Source: Gemmatimonadota bacterium
Lineage (GTDB): Bacteria > Gemmatimonadota > Gemmatimonadetes > Gemmatimonadales > GWC2-71-9
Direction: 5' to 3'
NCBI GenBank assembly: GCA_016874005.1
Contig: VGVQ01000004.1
Coordinates: forward strand, 106,968 to 170,967
DNA length: 64,000 nt
Position 1 is the first letter of the stretch, and every line of letters begins with the position of its first letter. The notes below the pieces were generated by a model. The model was not told where the DNA came from. It ran no database searches and was given only the letters and a program-made list of their open reading frames with translations. Position numbers and translations under genes: made by a program. Positions 37,457 through 46,959 of this stretch are shown in pieces.

Positions 37457-38725
37457 ATGCGCGGTCTGGGTACCATCGGGTTGTTAGTGGCCACGCTGGG
37501 CCTCGCGGGTCCGGAGCGGCTTTGGGCGCAGACCGGTTGGGCGGAACGGGCCGCCCTCGCCGAGCGGCACCGGGTCGCCGAGATCGGTCACCGCCGGTTC
37601 ACTCACGCCGAGTTCTGGCGGGCGGTCGACCCGATCGTGGCGAGTCCGGCCTTCGTCGTGACGGAGGTCGGGCGGTCGATGCAGGGGCGCCCGCTCAGGA
37701 CGGTGCGATTCGGCCGGGGGCCGGTGTCCGTCTTGCTGTGGTCGCAGATGCATGGCGACGAGTCCACCGCGACCATGGCGCTCGCCGATCTCTTCGGCTT
37801 TCTGGCGGCGGCGGAACCCCATCCGCTTCGCGATCGGATCGCCAAGCAGCTCACGGTGACATTCCTGCCGCTGCTGAATCCCGACGGCGCCGAACTGTTC
37901 CAACGCGAGAATGCGGTGGGGATCGACATCAACCGCGACGCTCGGCGGCTGGCTTCCCCCGAAGCCCGGGCGCTGAAGGCGGTGCGCGACCAGATCCGGC
38001 CGCGGTTCGGATTCAACCTCCATGACCAGAATGCCAGGACCCGGGCCGGTGCCGGGCTCCAGGCAGCGATCGCGCTGCTCCCGCCGCCGGCCGGTCCCTC
38101 GCGGGGCTATGGCCCGGTCCGGTCGCGGGCCCGCCTAGTGGCCGGATGGCTCGCCGCCGACTTCGGGCACGCGGTTCCGGGCCGGATCGCCAAGTACGAT
38201 GACAGCTTCAACCCGCGGGCCTTCGGCGACCTGATGCAGGCATGGGGAACCAGCACGGTCCTGATCGAAAGCGGCGCGCTCCCGGACGATCCGGACAAGC
38301 AGCGGCTCCGGTCGATCAACGCGGCGGCATTGCTAGGCGTGCTCGAGGCGATCGGGTCGGGCAGCTATCGGCGTGGCTCGCCCGCGGCATACGAGGCACT
38401 GCCGTTCAATCGCTCCGGCGCCTATGACCTGTTGGTGCTCGGTGGCGCCGTGGCCGTTCCGGGCGCGGAACCGCTTCGGGCGGACCTGGCGATCAACTAT
38501 GACGATCCGGTCGGACGGACCGGCGGCCGGATTCGCGAGGTGGGCGATCTCGAGGCGATGGTGGCGCTCGATACCCTGCGGGCGGCCGGGCGCTTTCTCC
38601 ACCCGGTGGCCGAAGCCGTGACCGGGCGTGGCGCGGGTAGCTGGCTTCGGATCGGGGCGCCGGCCGGCTTCGTCATTCGGGCCACGGCCGACTCGACGTC
38701 TACGGAGGTCGGGAGAATCCCATGA
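37457..38725 (+). CDS. M14 family zinc carboxypeptidase, secreted
   Basis: It has a signal peptide. LWSQMHGDESTAT is the HxxE zinc site, and LLNPDGAE...GIDINRD are M14 blocks. Confidence 0.85.
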   Translation: MRGLGTIGLLVATLGLAGPERLWAQTGWAERAALAERHRVAEIGHRRFTHAEFWRAVDPIVASPAFVVTEVGRSMQGRPLRTVRFGRGPVSVLLWSQMHGDESTATMALADLFGFLAAAEPHPLRDRIAKQLTVTFLPLLNPDGAELFQRENAVGIDINRDARRLASPEARALKAVRDQIRPRFGFNLHDQNARTRAGAGLQAAIALLPPPAGPSRGYGPVRSRARLVAGWLAADFGHAVPGRIAKYDDSFNPRAFGDLMQAWGTSTVLIESGALPDDPDKQRLRSINAAALLGVLEAIGSGSYRRGSPAAYEALPFNRSGAYDLLVLGGAVAVPGAEPLRADLAINYDDPVGRTGGRIREVGDLEAMVALDTLRAAGRFLHPVAEAVTGRGAGSWLRIGAPAGFVIRATADSTSTEVGRIP

Positions 38726-39681
38726 GACTCTTCATCGTTGCGCTGTCACTCGCCGTGGTGCCGGTGGCGGCCGCTCGCGGGCAATCGGCCGCCGACCGAC
38801 GTTCGGCCGCCGAAGTGCGGGCTTTGTTCGAGGAGTTCAACGCCGCCTGGGAGCGCCGGGATCGAGACTTCGTGGCGGGATTCTATTCGCCGGACTCGAC
38901 GGGTGTCTACTTCTTCGAGCGGCGCCAGCTGGTCGGCTGGGCCCAGGTCGACTCTCTCTACCGCACCATGTTTCGGAGCGCCGCCCGGGGGAAGGTCAAC
39001 TCGCGGTTCGAGGTGCTCGACGTGGGAGCGGCCGGCAACTTGGCCTGGCTCGCGGCTAACTTCCGCTTGGAGGTGGTCGAGCCAGCCGGGGACACGACGG
39101 TCGACGAAGGCCGCCAGACCGTGGTGTTCGAACGGCGGGCGGGTCGATGGCGGGTGGTCCACCGCCACACCTCGTTCCAGGCCCCTCCCGGTCCGCAACG
39201 GCGGGTGCCCCTCCACACTGGCGCCGGTCCGCTGTGGTCGCCGGCCGACGACACCACCGGTGGGCCCGCGGCCCGGACAATCCGGCAGCTTCGGGTGGCA
39301 TCGAACGAAGCCATCGCTCGGCACGACACGGCGGGGATCGCGGCCAGCTTCGCTCCGAACGTGGTGGTGGTGTCGTCCATCTCGTCCGTGACCGTCGGTC
39401 GGGACGCCAACGCCCGGGCGTTCGCGGCGCTCTTCGCCGAGCGGCCGGACGTGGTCTTTCGGCGGACCCCGGAGGTAGTCGCGGTCGAGCCCAAGTGGGC
39501 GATGGCGGCCGAGCGGGGGAATTGGACCGGGCGGTGGACTGCCCCCGACGGGGTGGTGTCGATCGGGGGGAGCTACTTCGCCAAGTGGCGCGAGCGCGAC
39601 GGTAGCTGGCGAATCGAAAGCGAGACCTTCGTCCCCGAGCGATGCACCGGGAGCCGCTATTGTGACGAGGTCCCCCGCTGA
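38722..39681 (+). CDS. secreted protein with two tandem NTF2-like (DUF4440/SnoaL_3) domains
   Basis: The start overlaps the carboxypeptidase stop (ATGA). Two repeats of the pattern ...FN.AW..RD......Y..D........W(R/W)(V/I) are present (GRWRVVHRHTS and GSWRIESETF). Confidence 0.75.
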   Translation: MRLFIVALSLAVVPVAAARGQSAADRRSAAEVRALFEEFNAAWERRDRDFVAGFYSPDSTGVYFFERRQLVGWAQVDSLYRTMFRSAARGKVNSRFEVLDVGAAGNLAWLAANFRLEVVEPAGDTTVDEGRQTVVFERRAGRWRVVHRHTSFQAPPGPQRRVPLHTGAGPLWSPADDTTGGPAARTIRQLRVASNEAIARHDTAGIAASFAPNVVVVSSISSVTVGRDANARAFAALFAERPDVVFRRTPEVVAVEPKWAMAAERGNWTGRWTAPDGVVSIGGSYFAKWRERDGSWRIESETFVPERCTGSRYCDEVPR

Positions 39682-39813
39682 GGGGCTGCCACCCTCACGC
39701 CAAACGGGTTGACGTCCGCCGGTCGGCGTGGGCCACCGGCACCGGTACCTCGAGCGGCCGGAAATACCCGGGGATCCCGAGCGCCGCCCCGGCGCCGGTG
39801 AACGCGGCTCTGG

Positions 39814-42135
39814 CTACATTCGGAACAAGTAGCTCGCTTTGAGGAAGAATCCGTCGGTGGTTCGGCTCAAGTTGGCGAACCGGAAGCGTCGCTCGTCGCG
39901 GAACCCCCCGCCGTAGCCTGCGAAAAACACGGTGCCCGGGGTTGGCTGGTAGGCGAAGAGCACGTCGGCGCGGAGGCTGTTGCTCCGGCGGGCCAGCGCG
40001 AGGCTCCGCTTGAAAACGCTGTCGACCGGATCCCAAATGAGGATGGGGTCGTCGGTCCGACCATCGTCGCGGAGCGAGTCGCGTTGGGTCGAGCGATACT
40101 CGCCCACCAGGCGCACGAAGAACGAACGGGTCGCCTGGTACTCGAGCTTGAGTCGGGGGACGTGCCCGACCGAGACGATGCTGCCGTCGGTTCGCCGCCG
40201 ATACTGGGTCAGCACGTACGTCCCATCGGCCCGGAGTTTCTCGGTGGGGCGGAATTGCAGCGTCGAATTGATGAAGAGAATTCGGGCCGGAGACCACTCG
40301 TCGTAGTTGACGTCGTTCCCCAAATAGGTGTTGAACTGCAGCGACACCGGCCCGAGCCAGGGGGTGGTGAGGTTGACGTTCGGACCGATGTTGAAGATGC
40401 GGGGGCCCCCCGGATAGGGGGCGACGGTGTCGACGACGCCGCCAGGGCCGCGCCGCTCGAGCGCGTAGTCGCGATAGATCCGCCGATCGTAGCCGAACCA
40501 CTCCACCCAGTTGAAGACCGAAAGGGTCCAGCCGCCCCGGAACGCCAGGCTGCCGCTCAAGAAGAACTGGCGGTCGAGGGCAGTCTGGCCACTGGTGAAA
40601 TCGCTGAAGATCCAGCGGATGTTGTAGGCCGGTCGGATGGTGGCTCGAGCGAGGAACGCCCCGGGCTTGCCGTAGGTCGTGAAGCCGATGCCGCCGGCGG
40701 TGTTCACCGCGTCGGGGACCTGAATGAAGCCGGCGGCGGCGTTGAACCGGTCGCTGGTCCCCTCGAATCCGAGATTGAAGCTGGTGTGCCGGCCATCTCG
40801 GCGGAGATCGAACTCCCAGAGCGGTGCCACCGTCGTTTCGCCGCCCTCGCGGGTGACGCTGCCGGCGAGCTGGCCGGAGAAGACGAATCCGCTCTTCGAA
40901 ACGAGTCGAACGTCCACTCCGCCGACCTGATTCGAGAAGCCCGGCTCGGTCCGGCTGGTAAAGACGGCTCCGGCCCGAGATCCGCCGCCCAGGTTCTTGA
41001 GGGCCCGCCCCACGGCGAAGACCGGGTGGGCCCGACCGCCGCGCGACGTTTCCCGGCCGTCGAGGGCGAACAACGAGGCGACTGTGGTGGCACCGACCTT
41101 TCCGGTCAACTTGGTGGCGGCGATCGGGGCCGCGATTCGGCGGGAGTAGATCAACTGGTTCGGCGTGGCGAACTGCTCGATGCCCTCGAGGAAGAAGGGA
41201 CGCTTCTCCGGGAAGAACAGGGCGCGGCGAGGGTCGGTGAGGAGCTGGCTCGCGTCGGCTTCGACCTGGGAGAAGTCCGGATTGAAGGTCCCGTTGAGGG
41301 TCAGGTTGGGGCTTACTCCCCACCGCACGTTGCCACCGAATTCCGCGGCACGATCGTAGGACCATCCCCGGGCGCCCGGGCTACCGGCTGCGATCGCGGT
41401 CACGACCGGGTTCAGGTCCATGACCAGGCCCCGCCGAAGATCGGTGAGCCCCACCAAGGCGCCCGATTGGCCGAGAAAACTCGGCGCCGCCCGTTGAGCG
41501 GGGACCCAGGAATCTTCCTGGCCGCTGGCCTGAACCCGGCGGATCACATGGATTCCCCATGTCTGCGTGGTGGCCTTCTGGTACCGCAGCGTCTTGAACG
41601 GAATGCGGATCTCGATCTCGAAGCCAGCGTCGGTCAGTCGGCCCCGCGAGTCGTAGACGAAGTCGGGGCTCAGGTCGGCCCTCTCCCCGCCGGCACCGCC
41701 GCGACCCTGCTCGGCAAGGGTGCCATCCTGTTGGACGCCGAGCGGGTTGACTCCGAACACGAGCGCTTGATGGCCGTCGTGGTAGGTCCCGAGGTAGAAG
41801 TCGATCCGGTCCTCTGCGCCGAGGCGGTCGCGATTGGCCAAGGTGGCCCGGACCGAGCCGGGAACGGCGGACGCTTTGACGCCAAGATGGAGCGCGGTGG
41901 GCGAGTACCAGACCAGGATCTCGGTTTCTTGCTCGGCCGGCCGTCCGTCCGCTGGCGAGAATTGAGAGAACCCGGTGAGTCGCGCGGCCTGGTGCCAAAC
42001 CGGTTCGTCGAGAACGCCGTCGACGGCGGTCGCCGCCTCGAGGCGCGGAATCGGGACGTTGGTTCGGTTGTCTCTGCCGGCGAAAACGAGGGTGGTATCG
42101 GCAGCAGGCAGGGCGGCGATCAGAAGCGCGAGCAC
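39814..42135 (-). CDS. outer-membrane protein with a CBM9-like/DOMON-like N-terminal domain and a DUF5916-type beta-barrel
   Basis: VDGVLDEPVWHQAARLTGFSQFSPADG...ALHLGVKA is followed by about 600 aa of beta-strand-rich sequence ending FLKASYLFRM. The start is uncertain (GTG 42135 proposed). The upstream 430 codons of track ORF 39814..43425 overlap the next gene and are Arg/Pro-rich. Confidence 0.7.
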   Translation of the reverse strand: MLALLIAALPAADTTLVFAGRDNRTNVPIPRLEAATAVDGVLDEPVWHQAARLTGFSQFSPADGRPAEQETEILVWYSPTALHLGVKASAVPGSVRATLANRDRLGAEDRIDFYLGTYHDGHQALVFGVNPLGVQQDGTLAEQGRGGAGGERADLSPDFVYDSRGRLTDAGFEIEIRIPFKTLRYQKATTQTWGIHVIRRVQASGQEDSWVPAQRAAPSFLGQSGALVGLTDLRRGLVMDLNPVVTAIAAGSPGARGWSYDRAAEFGGNVRWGVSPNLTLNGTFNPDFSQVEADASQLLTDPRRALFFPEKRPFFLEGIEQFATPNQLIYSRRIAAPIAATKLTGKVGATTVASLFALDGRETSRGGRAHPVFAVGRALKNLGGGSRAGAVFTSRTEPGFSNQVGGVDVRLVSKSGFVFSGQLAGSVTREGGETTVAPLWEFDLRRDGRHTSFNLGFEGTSDRFNAAAGFIQVPDAVNTAGGIGFTTYGKPGAFLARATIRPAYNIRWIFSDFTSGQTALDRQFFLSGSLAFRGGWTLSVFNWVEWFGYDRRIYRDYALERRGPGGVVDTVAPYPGGPRIFNIGPNVNLTTPWLGPVSLQFNTYLGNDVNYDEWSPARILFINSTLQFRPTEKLRADGTYVLTQYRRRTDGSIVSVGHVPRLKLEYQATRSFFVRLVGEYRSTQRDSLRDDGRTDDPILIWDPVDSVFKRSLALARRSNSLRADVLFAYQPTPGTVFFAGYGGGFRDERRFRFANLSRTTDGFFLKASYLFRM

Positions 42136-42311
42136 TGGATCCGGGGGAACGGGTGTCGTGGGTCTCGGTTCGGGGAGTCCCCGACAGACGAATGATAACG
42201 GAATGGCCCGGTGGGCGACGGGCTGGCTCGAGCGCAGGTTCGTTCCACCCTGGGGAGACCCAGGCCGAGACGGTCTCCTGGTATGGGGCGGGTCGGCCGG
42301 GGTAGGCTCGC

Positions 42312-43844
42312 CTAACGAGCAGGCATCGGCGACCGGATCAGATCGGCGACCACCGGGAGGTGGTCCGTCCGCGCTGGCCGATCGAGGCCCAGGGCCGCGG
42401 CCGCCCCGGGGACGAGGTCGTCGGGATGAAAGGTGAAGGACCGGGCGATGGCGAGCCGCGAAGGCGAGACCAGCAGGAAATCGAGCCGCCCCGGAGGAAA
42501 CGGAGTCGGTGCGAACCAGGTGGCGTTCGACGCCCGGTCCAGTCGGGGAGCCGGTGCCAAGGCGAGATCGGCGCGGCCGATCGGATCGAGTCCGCGACGG
42601 AGCACCTCGAGCGGCCGGCGGGAGCCGACCAGGTTGAGATCGCCGCCGATGACCACCGCGTCGACCGGATTGGTTTCGATGGCCCGCGCGACCGCGTCGC
42701 GAAGGGCGAGGGCCGTCATTCGGCGGGCGCGTTCCTCGGCACCCTGAAAGCCACCGCAACAGATCAGGTCGACCGGGACCGCCAGGATCTCGAGGCCCAT
42801 CGCTTCGATCACGGCGCCCATGGTTGGGGCATCGTCGGACGGGGCCCCGCGGATGTCGGCCTCCATCTGGCGGCTCATCGGAAGGCCGAGGAGGTGCCGC
42901 AGCGAATCGGGATAGGCCACCCTCGTCAAGGCGGGGTGGAAGGCGATCGGGTAGATGCTGGCCACGGCGGTCCGCTGCCGTCCGCCGCCGGTTCCGAGGA
43001 GTACTCTCCAGCGGTCTCGACCGGGCAACAGCGCGAGCAGCCAGGCGGTGTCGATCGCCGGGTTCAGCTCGTCGAAGAGGACCAGGTCCGGGTCGAGGGC
43101 GGCCAGGGTTCGCCGGAACCCCTCCGGCTCGAGGAGAGGCCCATCGTCTCCGACGTTCCAGGTGACCGCGCGGAGCGCGCCCGGACTCTTCGCCAACTCG
43201 GCAACGGCGGCGCGATGGACTCGAGCGGGCGCGGACGGGAGGGCGGCGGCGATGACGGGCGTGGCGCGCCGGACGGTCCCGTTGCTGTCGAGCGCGGAAA
43301 GCCGAATCGAGATCCGATCGCCGATCGGGGGGCCGTCGGCCGGACGCCTGGCCAACCGAATCTCGAACTGCCGGTCGGAGGAGGTTGGGGCATACCAGAA
43401 TCCGGCGCCGTAGCTGTCCCGCCACTCGCCGTTAGGCAGGGTCCGAACTCGGATCCCTTGCCAGCGGCCGTTGGGCGCGCGATACGAGTGCTCGACCACC
43501 CGATCGACCCCCTCCATCCCGTCGACCACCGCGCCGGTTTCGGTTCGACCGTCGCCGTCGAGCGCCAGCCGAAGGGTGCCCGGCATCGCCTGGAGGTTGA
43601 TGGTGTCGGCCACGGTGAGGTGGAGGTAGAGGGCGGAGTCGTCGTGACGAATCCGGATGGCCGCGGGGGAGTGGGGGAGATCGTCGACGGCGGACGCCTG
43701 CCACCGGGCGCCAACGGCGGCCCAGTCGGTCCACTCGCCATCGATGCGAACCGCCGGCCCGGCAGCCGGGTCGACCGCGCCGGGCGCCGATCCGGCGCAG
43801 GCGGCCGCGCCGAGTAGTAGCGAGAGTTGGCAGCGTCGGAGCAT
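42312..43844 (-). CDS. endonuclease/exonuclease/phosphatase (EEP) family lipoprotein with an N-terminal extension
   Basis: Lipobox LLLGAAAC. The C-terminal half has the EEP pattern (VTWNVGDD...LVLFDELN...IGGDLN...DHLPVVADL). The start is ATG 43844. Confidence 0.8.
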   Translation of the reverse strand: MLRRCQLSLLLGAAACAGSAPGAVDPAAGPAVRIDGEWTDWAAVGARWQASAVDDLPHSPAAIRIRHDDSALYLHLTVADTINLQAMPGTLRLALDGDGRTETGAVVDGMEGVDRVVEHSYRAPNGRWQGIRVRTLPNGEWRDSYGAGFWYAPTSSDRQFEIRLARRPADGPPIGDRISIRLSALDSNGTVRRATPVIAAALPSAPARVHRAAVAELAKSPGALRAVTWNVGDDGPLLEPEGFRRTLAALDPDLVLFDELNPAIDTAWLLALLPGRDRWRVLLGTGGGRQRTAVASIYPIAFHPALTRVAYPDSLRHLLGLPMSRQMEADIRGAPSDDAPTMGAVIEAMGLEILAVPVDLICCGGFQGAEERARRMTALALRDAVARAIETNPVDAVVIGGDLNLVGSRRPLEVLRRGLDPIGRADLALAPAPRLDRASNATWFAPTPFPPGRLDFLLVSPSRLAIARSFTFHPDDLVPGAAAALGLDRPARTDHLPVVADLIRSPMPAR

Positions 43845-44016
43845 GGGCGGCAAGGTTAGCCCTGGGACGACTCGCCCTGCAAGCGTTACGGCTCGCCCCG
43901 TCGATGCCTTCGGCGCCCGATCGTCGTGACGGTTCGCCGAGCGAGCGGGAAAGAAAAAGCGCCTCGGGGAGACTACATTAGTGACGGAAGCGACATTTTC
44001 CCGAACGGAGGAATCG

Positions 44017-45438
44017 ATGGTCACGTCTCTCCTGGCGGCATTCCTGCACGGGGCCGAGGTGGCGCCGGCCAGCCCGGCGGATACGGTGTTCGCCTTCGTC
44101 GGGGCGACCGTGGTCGACGGCCGGGGCGGGTTGCCGATGCCGGACGCGGTGGTGGTGGTCGAGGGAAACCGGATCCGGGCCGTGGGCCCCCGCGGTCAGG
44201 TCGCGATTCCGCGGGGGGCACACCGGGTGGATCTGGCGGGGAAGTTCCTGTCGCCGGGGTTCATCGACGTTCACGCGCACGTCACGCTAGGTCCGGTCGA
44301 GTTCGACCGGACCAAGCGTCCGCCGGCCCTGGTCGCCCGGACGGACCCGGGGGGCGCCGAACGCCACCTCGCGATGTTGCTGGCGGCCGGGATCACCACC
44401 ATCCGCGATCCGGGCGGGGTAGCGGAGCGGGTGGTGGCGGTGCGGGACTCGGTGGCTCGGGGCGAACTGGTCGGTCCTCGGATGGTCGTGGCCGGTGAGG
44501 TGATCGATCGGGTCGCGTTCGAGGGCCTCACCCGGGCGGTCACCACGCCCGAGGAGATCCGTCGAGAGGTGCGGCGACAGGCCGCGATCGGAGTCGACAT
44601 CATCAAGCTGTATTCGTCGCTCGAGCCCGCGCTCGTCGAGGCCGGCATCGACGAGGCCCATCGACTCGGCTTGCCGGCGATCGGCCACGTCATGGCAACG
44701 ACCTGGACCGAAGCGGCTGGGTTGGGTCTCGACGGGATCGTCCATATCCTCGGTTGGTCGCCCGATCTCCTACCCGAATCCAAGCGGCCGGCCTACCGGG
44801 CGATGATGGCCGGGTCGCAGTTCATGTACGGGTGGTTGGAGCTGGTGGACCTCGACGGCCTCGAGATGCGACGGGCGATCGACCTGATCGCGGCGCGCGG
44901 GGTGACGCTCGATCCCACCCTGGTGGTGTTCGAACGAGCGGTCCGCGGCGACGACCCCGCGGTGATCCGCGCGGCAACGTTAGGCATGGCATCGCCGGCC
45001 CTCCGGAAGAACTGGGAGTCCTTCTTCACCTTCAATATCGGCTGGACCGCGGACGACTATCGCCGAGCCCGGGCGGCGTGGCCCCGGGCGCTGGCGCTGA
45101 CCAAGCGGCTCCATGACCGCGGGGTACTCCTCGCGGCCGGGACCGACGCCAACAACCCCTGGGTGGTGCCGGGAGAGAGCTACCATCGGGAGTTGGAGCT
45201 CTTGGTCGAATCCGGCATCCCGCCGCATGAGGTCCTCACCCTGGCGACCCGCAACGGCGCCCGGATGATCGGGCTGGACGGCGAAACCGGGACGGTGGCC
45301 GTGGGCAAGCGGGCCGACCTGGTGGTCCTTCGCCAAGATCCGACCCAGTCGATCGGGGCCACCCGGTCGATCGAGTGGGTGATGGCCTCTGGCCGGCGAC
45401 ACCTGCCGGACCGGCTGCTCGCTCCCTGGCGCCGGTAA
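44017..45438 (+). CDS. amidohydrolase family protein (imidazolonepropionase / Xaa-Pro dipeptidase-like), exported
   Basis: GGAGG lies upstream of ATG 44017. FIDVHAHV is the HxH site, and LAAGTDANNPW and GKRADLVVL are typical blocks. Confidence 0.85.
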   Translation: MVTSLLAAFLHGAEVAPASPADTVFAFVGATVVDGRGGLPMPDAVVVVEGNRIRAVGPRGQVAIPRGAHRVDLAGKFLSPGFIDVHAHVTLGPVEFDRTKRPPALVARTDPGGAERHLAMLLAAGITTIRDPGGVAERVVAVRDSVARGELVGPRMVVAGEVIDRVAFEGLTRAVTTPEEIRREVRRQAAIGVDIIKLYSSLEPALVEAGIDEAHRLGLPAIGHVMATTWTEAAGLGLDGIVHILGWSPDLLPESKRPAYRAMMAGSQFMYGWLELVDLDGLEMRRAIDLIAARGVTLDPTLVVFERAVRGDDPAVIRAATLGMASPALRKNWESFFTFNIGWTADDYRRARAAWPRALALTKRLHDRGVLLAAGTDANNPWVVPGESYHRELELLVESGIPPHEVLTLATRNGARMIGLDGETGTVAVGKRADLVVLRQDPTQSIGATRSIEWVMASGRRHLPDRLLAPWRR

Positions 45439-45696
45439 CCCGACACCGATAGCCCGACACCCCGGCCGTTTCAGCGCCCGCCCCGCCCCCGGCCGGACAC
45501 AATTCCAACCCGGAATTCGTCAGGATAGTCGACACTGATCGATGGGCGGCTGGTCGCCCCTGGGGCTCAGGCCGTGACCCGGCGCGGTCTTCCGGTATTT
45601 CGGGGCGAAGCCCGTCAGCCGCGGGGCAATTCACAGGTCAGGGGTAGCTCGAAGTCGGCGGAGGATTGGGCGGATGGAGAGGCAAAGGCGGCCGTC

Positions 45697-46479
45697 ATGA
45701 GGAAGGTGGCGATTGTCGACGGTGAACCCGCGGCCCGACAGCGGTTGGCGGCCACCCTTACCCGCATTCATCCGGACTTGGCAATCGTGGTCGAGTCCGG
45801 CAACGGGCTCGAAGCGATCTCGCGGCTTCGGGAGACCCCGGTGGACGTTGCTTTCGTGGACGTTGGAGCACCAGGTACCAATCCGGACGCCGTGCGGGCG
45901 CTGGCCCGGCTCGATCCGATGCCGCCCGTGGTATTCTTGGCGACTTCCGACAGCCCCGCGGCCAGGGTTCTGGCGGACACCGCGGTGGACTACCTGCTCG
46001 AGCCGGTCGACGCCGATCGACTCGCGGCGACGGTGGCTCGGCTTCGCCAGGCTCGCGCTCCAGCGCCGCCGGCCGACCGGCTGTTTGCGCTTGCCGACCA
46101 GCTCGCCGCCGCTGGGTCCAACGGCTCGGCCAAACCGCGCTTCCGCGACCGACTCGCGATTGGCAAGGGCAGTAACGGGCAGTCGGTGCCGATCGACGAG
46201 GTCGAGCGGTTCGAGTCGGCCCGCAACTACGTCAAGGTGATCACCACCACCGGAGCGACCCAGCTGATCCGATCGACCCTCCACGAGATCGAGAGCTCGG
46301 TAGATCCGCTCCGGTTCGTCCGGATTCACCGGACGACGGTGGTCAACGTGGCGAGGGTCGCCAAGGTCGAGCCGTGGTTCTCGGGGGACATGGTGATCAC
46401 GCTCGCCTCGGGGGCGAAGGTCCGCCTCAGTCGCTCTCATCGAGAGGCCTACTACCGAGTGGCCGGGCGGCCGGCGTAA
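45697..46479 (+). CDS. LytTR-family response regulator (receiver + LytTR DNA-binding domain)
   Basis: The receiver reads MRKVAIVDGEP...VDVAFVDVGAPG. The C-terminal LytTR pattern is VERFESARNYVKV...HRTTVVNV. No histidine kinase lies adjacent. Confidence 0.85.
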   Translation: MRKVAIVDGEPAARQRLAATLTRIHPDLAIVVESGNGLEAISRLRETPVDVAFVDVGAPGTNPDAVRALARLDPMPPVVFLATSDSPAARVLADTAVDYLLEPVDADRLAATVARLRQARAPAPPADRLFALADQLAAAGSNGSAKPRFRDRLAIGKGSNGQSVPIDEVERFESARNYVKVITTTGATQLIRSTLHEIESSVDPLRFVRIHRTTVVNVARVAKVEPWFSGDMVITLASGAKVRLSRSHREAYYRVAGRPA

Positions 46480-46625
46480 CCGCCCGGTCTCGGGGCGCGG
46501 TCGGCCCCGTCAGGGCTGTTGCCGCGCATCCGCCATCTGGGTCGCTCGACCGGGGCGCACGTTCGGGCCCGGTTGGGCCTCGAGGCGGGCCTCAGTCCCC
46601 TGGCATTTCGAGCTCTGCCAAAGGG

Positions 46626-46907
46626 TCAATTCGGAGTTAGCCGGGCGACCCTGGTCGGATGGATGGCCGGGGAGGCGCCGTAGGCGATCCAGACGTCGCC
46701 ACGCCCTGGGTCGATGGCGAGATGACGCATGGTGGCGCCGCGGGTGAGGACCGGGTAGGCGGTGAAGCGCTCGGTCCGCGGCGAGAAGCGGTACACGACA
46801 TCGGGGGCCGCGGTGCCGATGGCCCAATCGGTTGGGCCCAGAGCGACTCGACACGGTATGGTCAGCGGGTGAGGTAGAGACCCCGGGCCGAGGTACTGGC
46901 TCCCGGT
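46626..46907 (-). pseudogene. possible C-terminal remnant of a beta-propeller protein (Vgb / streptogramin-lyase-like blade)
   Basis: This stop-to-stop frame of 94 codons has no usable start. It reads ...PDVVYRFSPRTERFTAYPVLTRGATMRHLAIDPGRGDVWIAYGASPAIHPTRVARLTPN*. It is not in the ORF track, and the overlapping track ORF 46510..46911 is Arg/Pro-rich. Confidence 0.3.
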
Positions 46908-46950
46908 TCAAGGGCGGGGCTGAGGGGCTGAGGCGAGGTCGTCGCAGTTC

Positions 46951-46959
46951 GGGGGGGGG
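46951..46959. repeat. G9 homopolymer tract
   Basis: Read directly and consistent with track ORF 46908..47126 (SPPPN). It is followed 2 nt later by a GCCTAACG copy and preceded by the tandem GGGGCTGA x2 (46916-46931). Confidence 0.9.

Noticed and set aside
39695-43425. ORFs 39695..41365-, 40084..42195+ and the N-terminal 430 codons of 39814..43425-
   Set aside because: They overlap the DUF5916 and EEP genes in other frames and have low-complexity composition. The 1203-aa reading would run through the neighbouring gene.
46510-46911. 133-aa minus-strand ORF downstream of the LytTR regulator
   Set aside because: It is Arg/Pro/His-rich. A different frame of the same strand gives a much more protein-like propeller-blade sequence, reported as a possible remnant.
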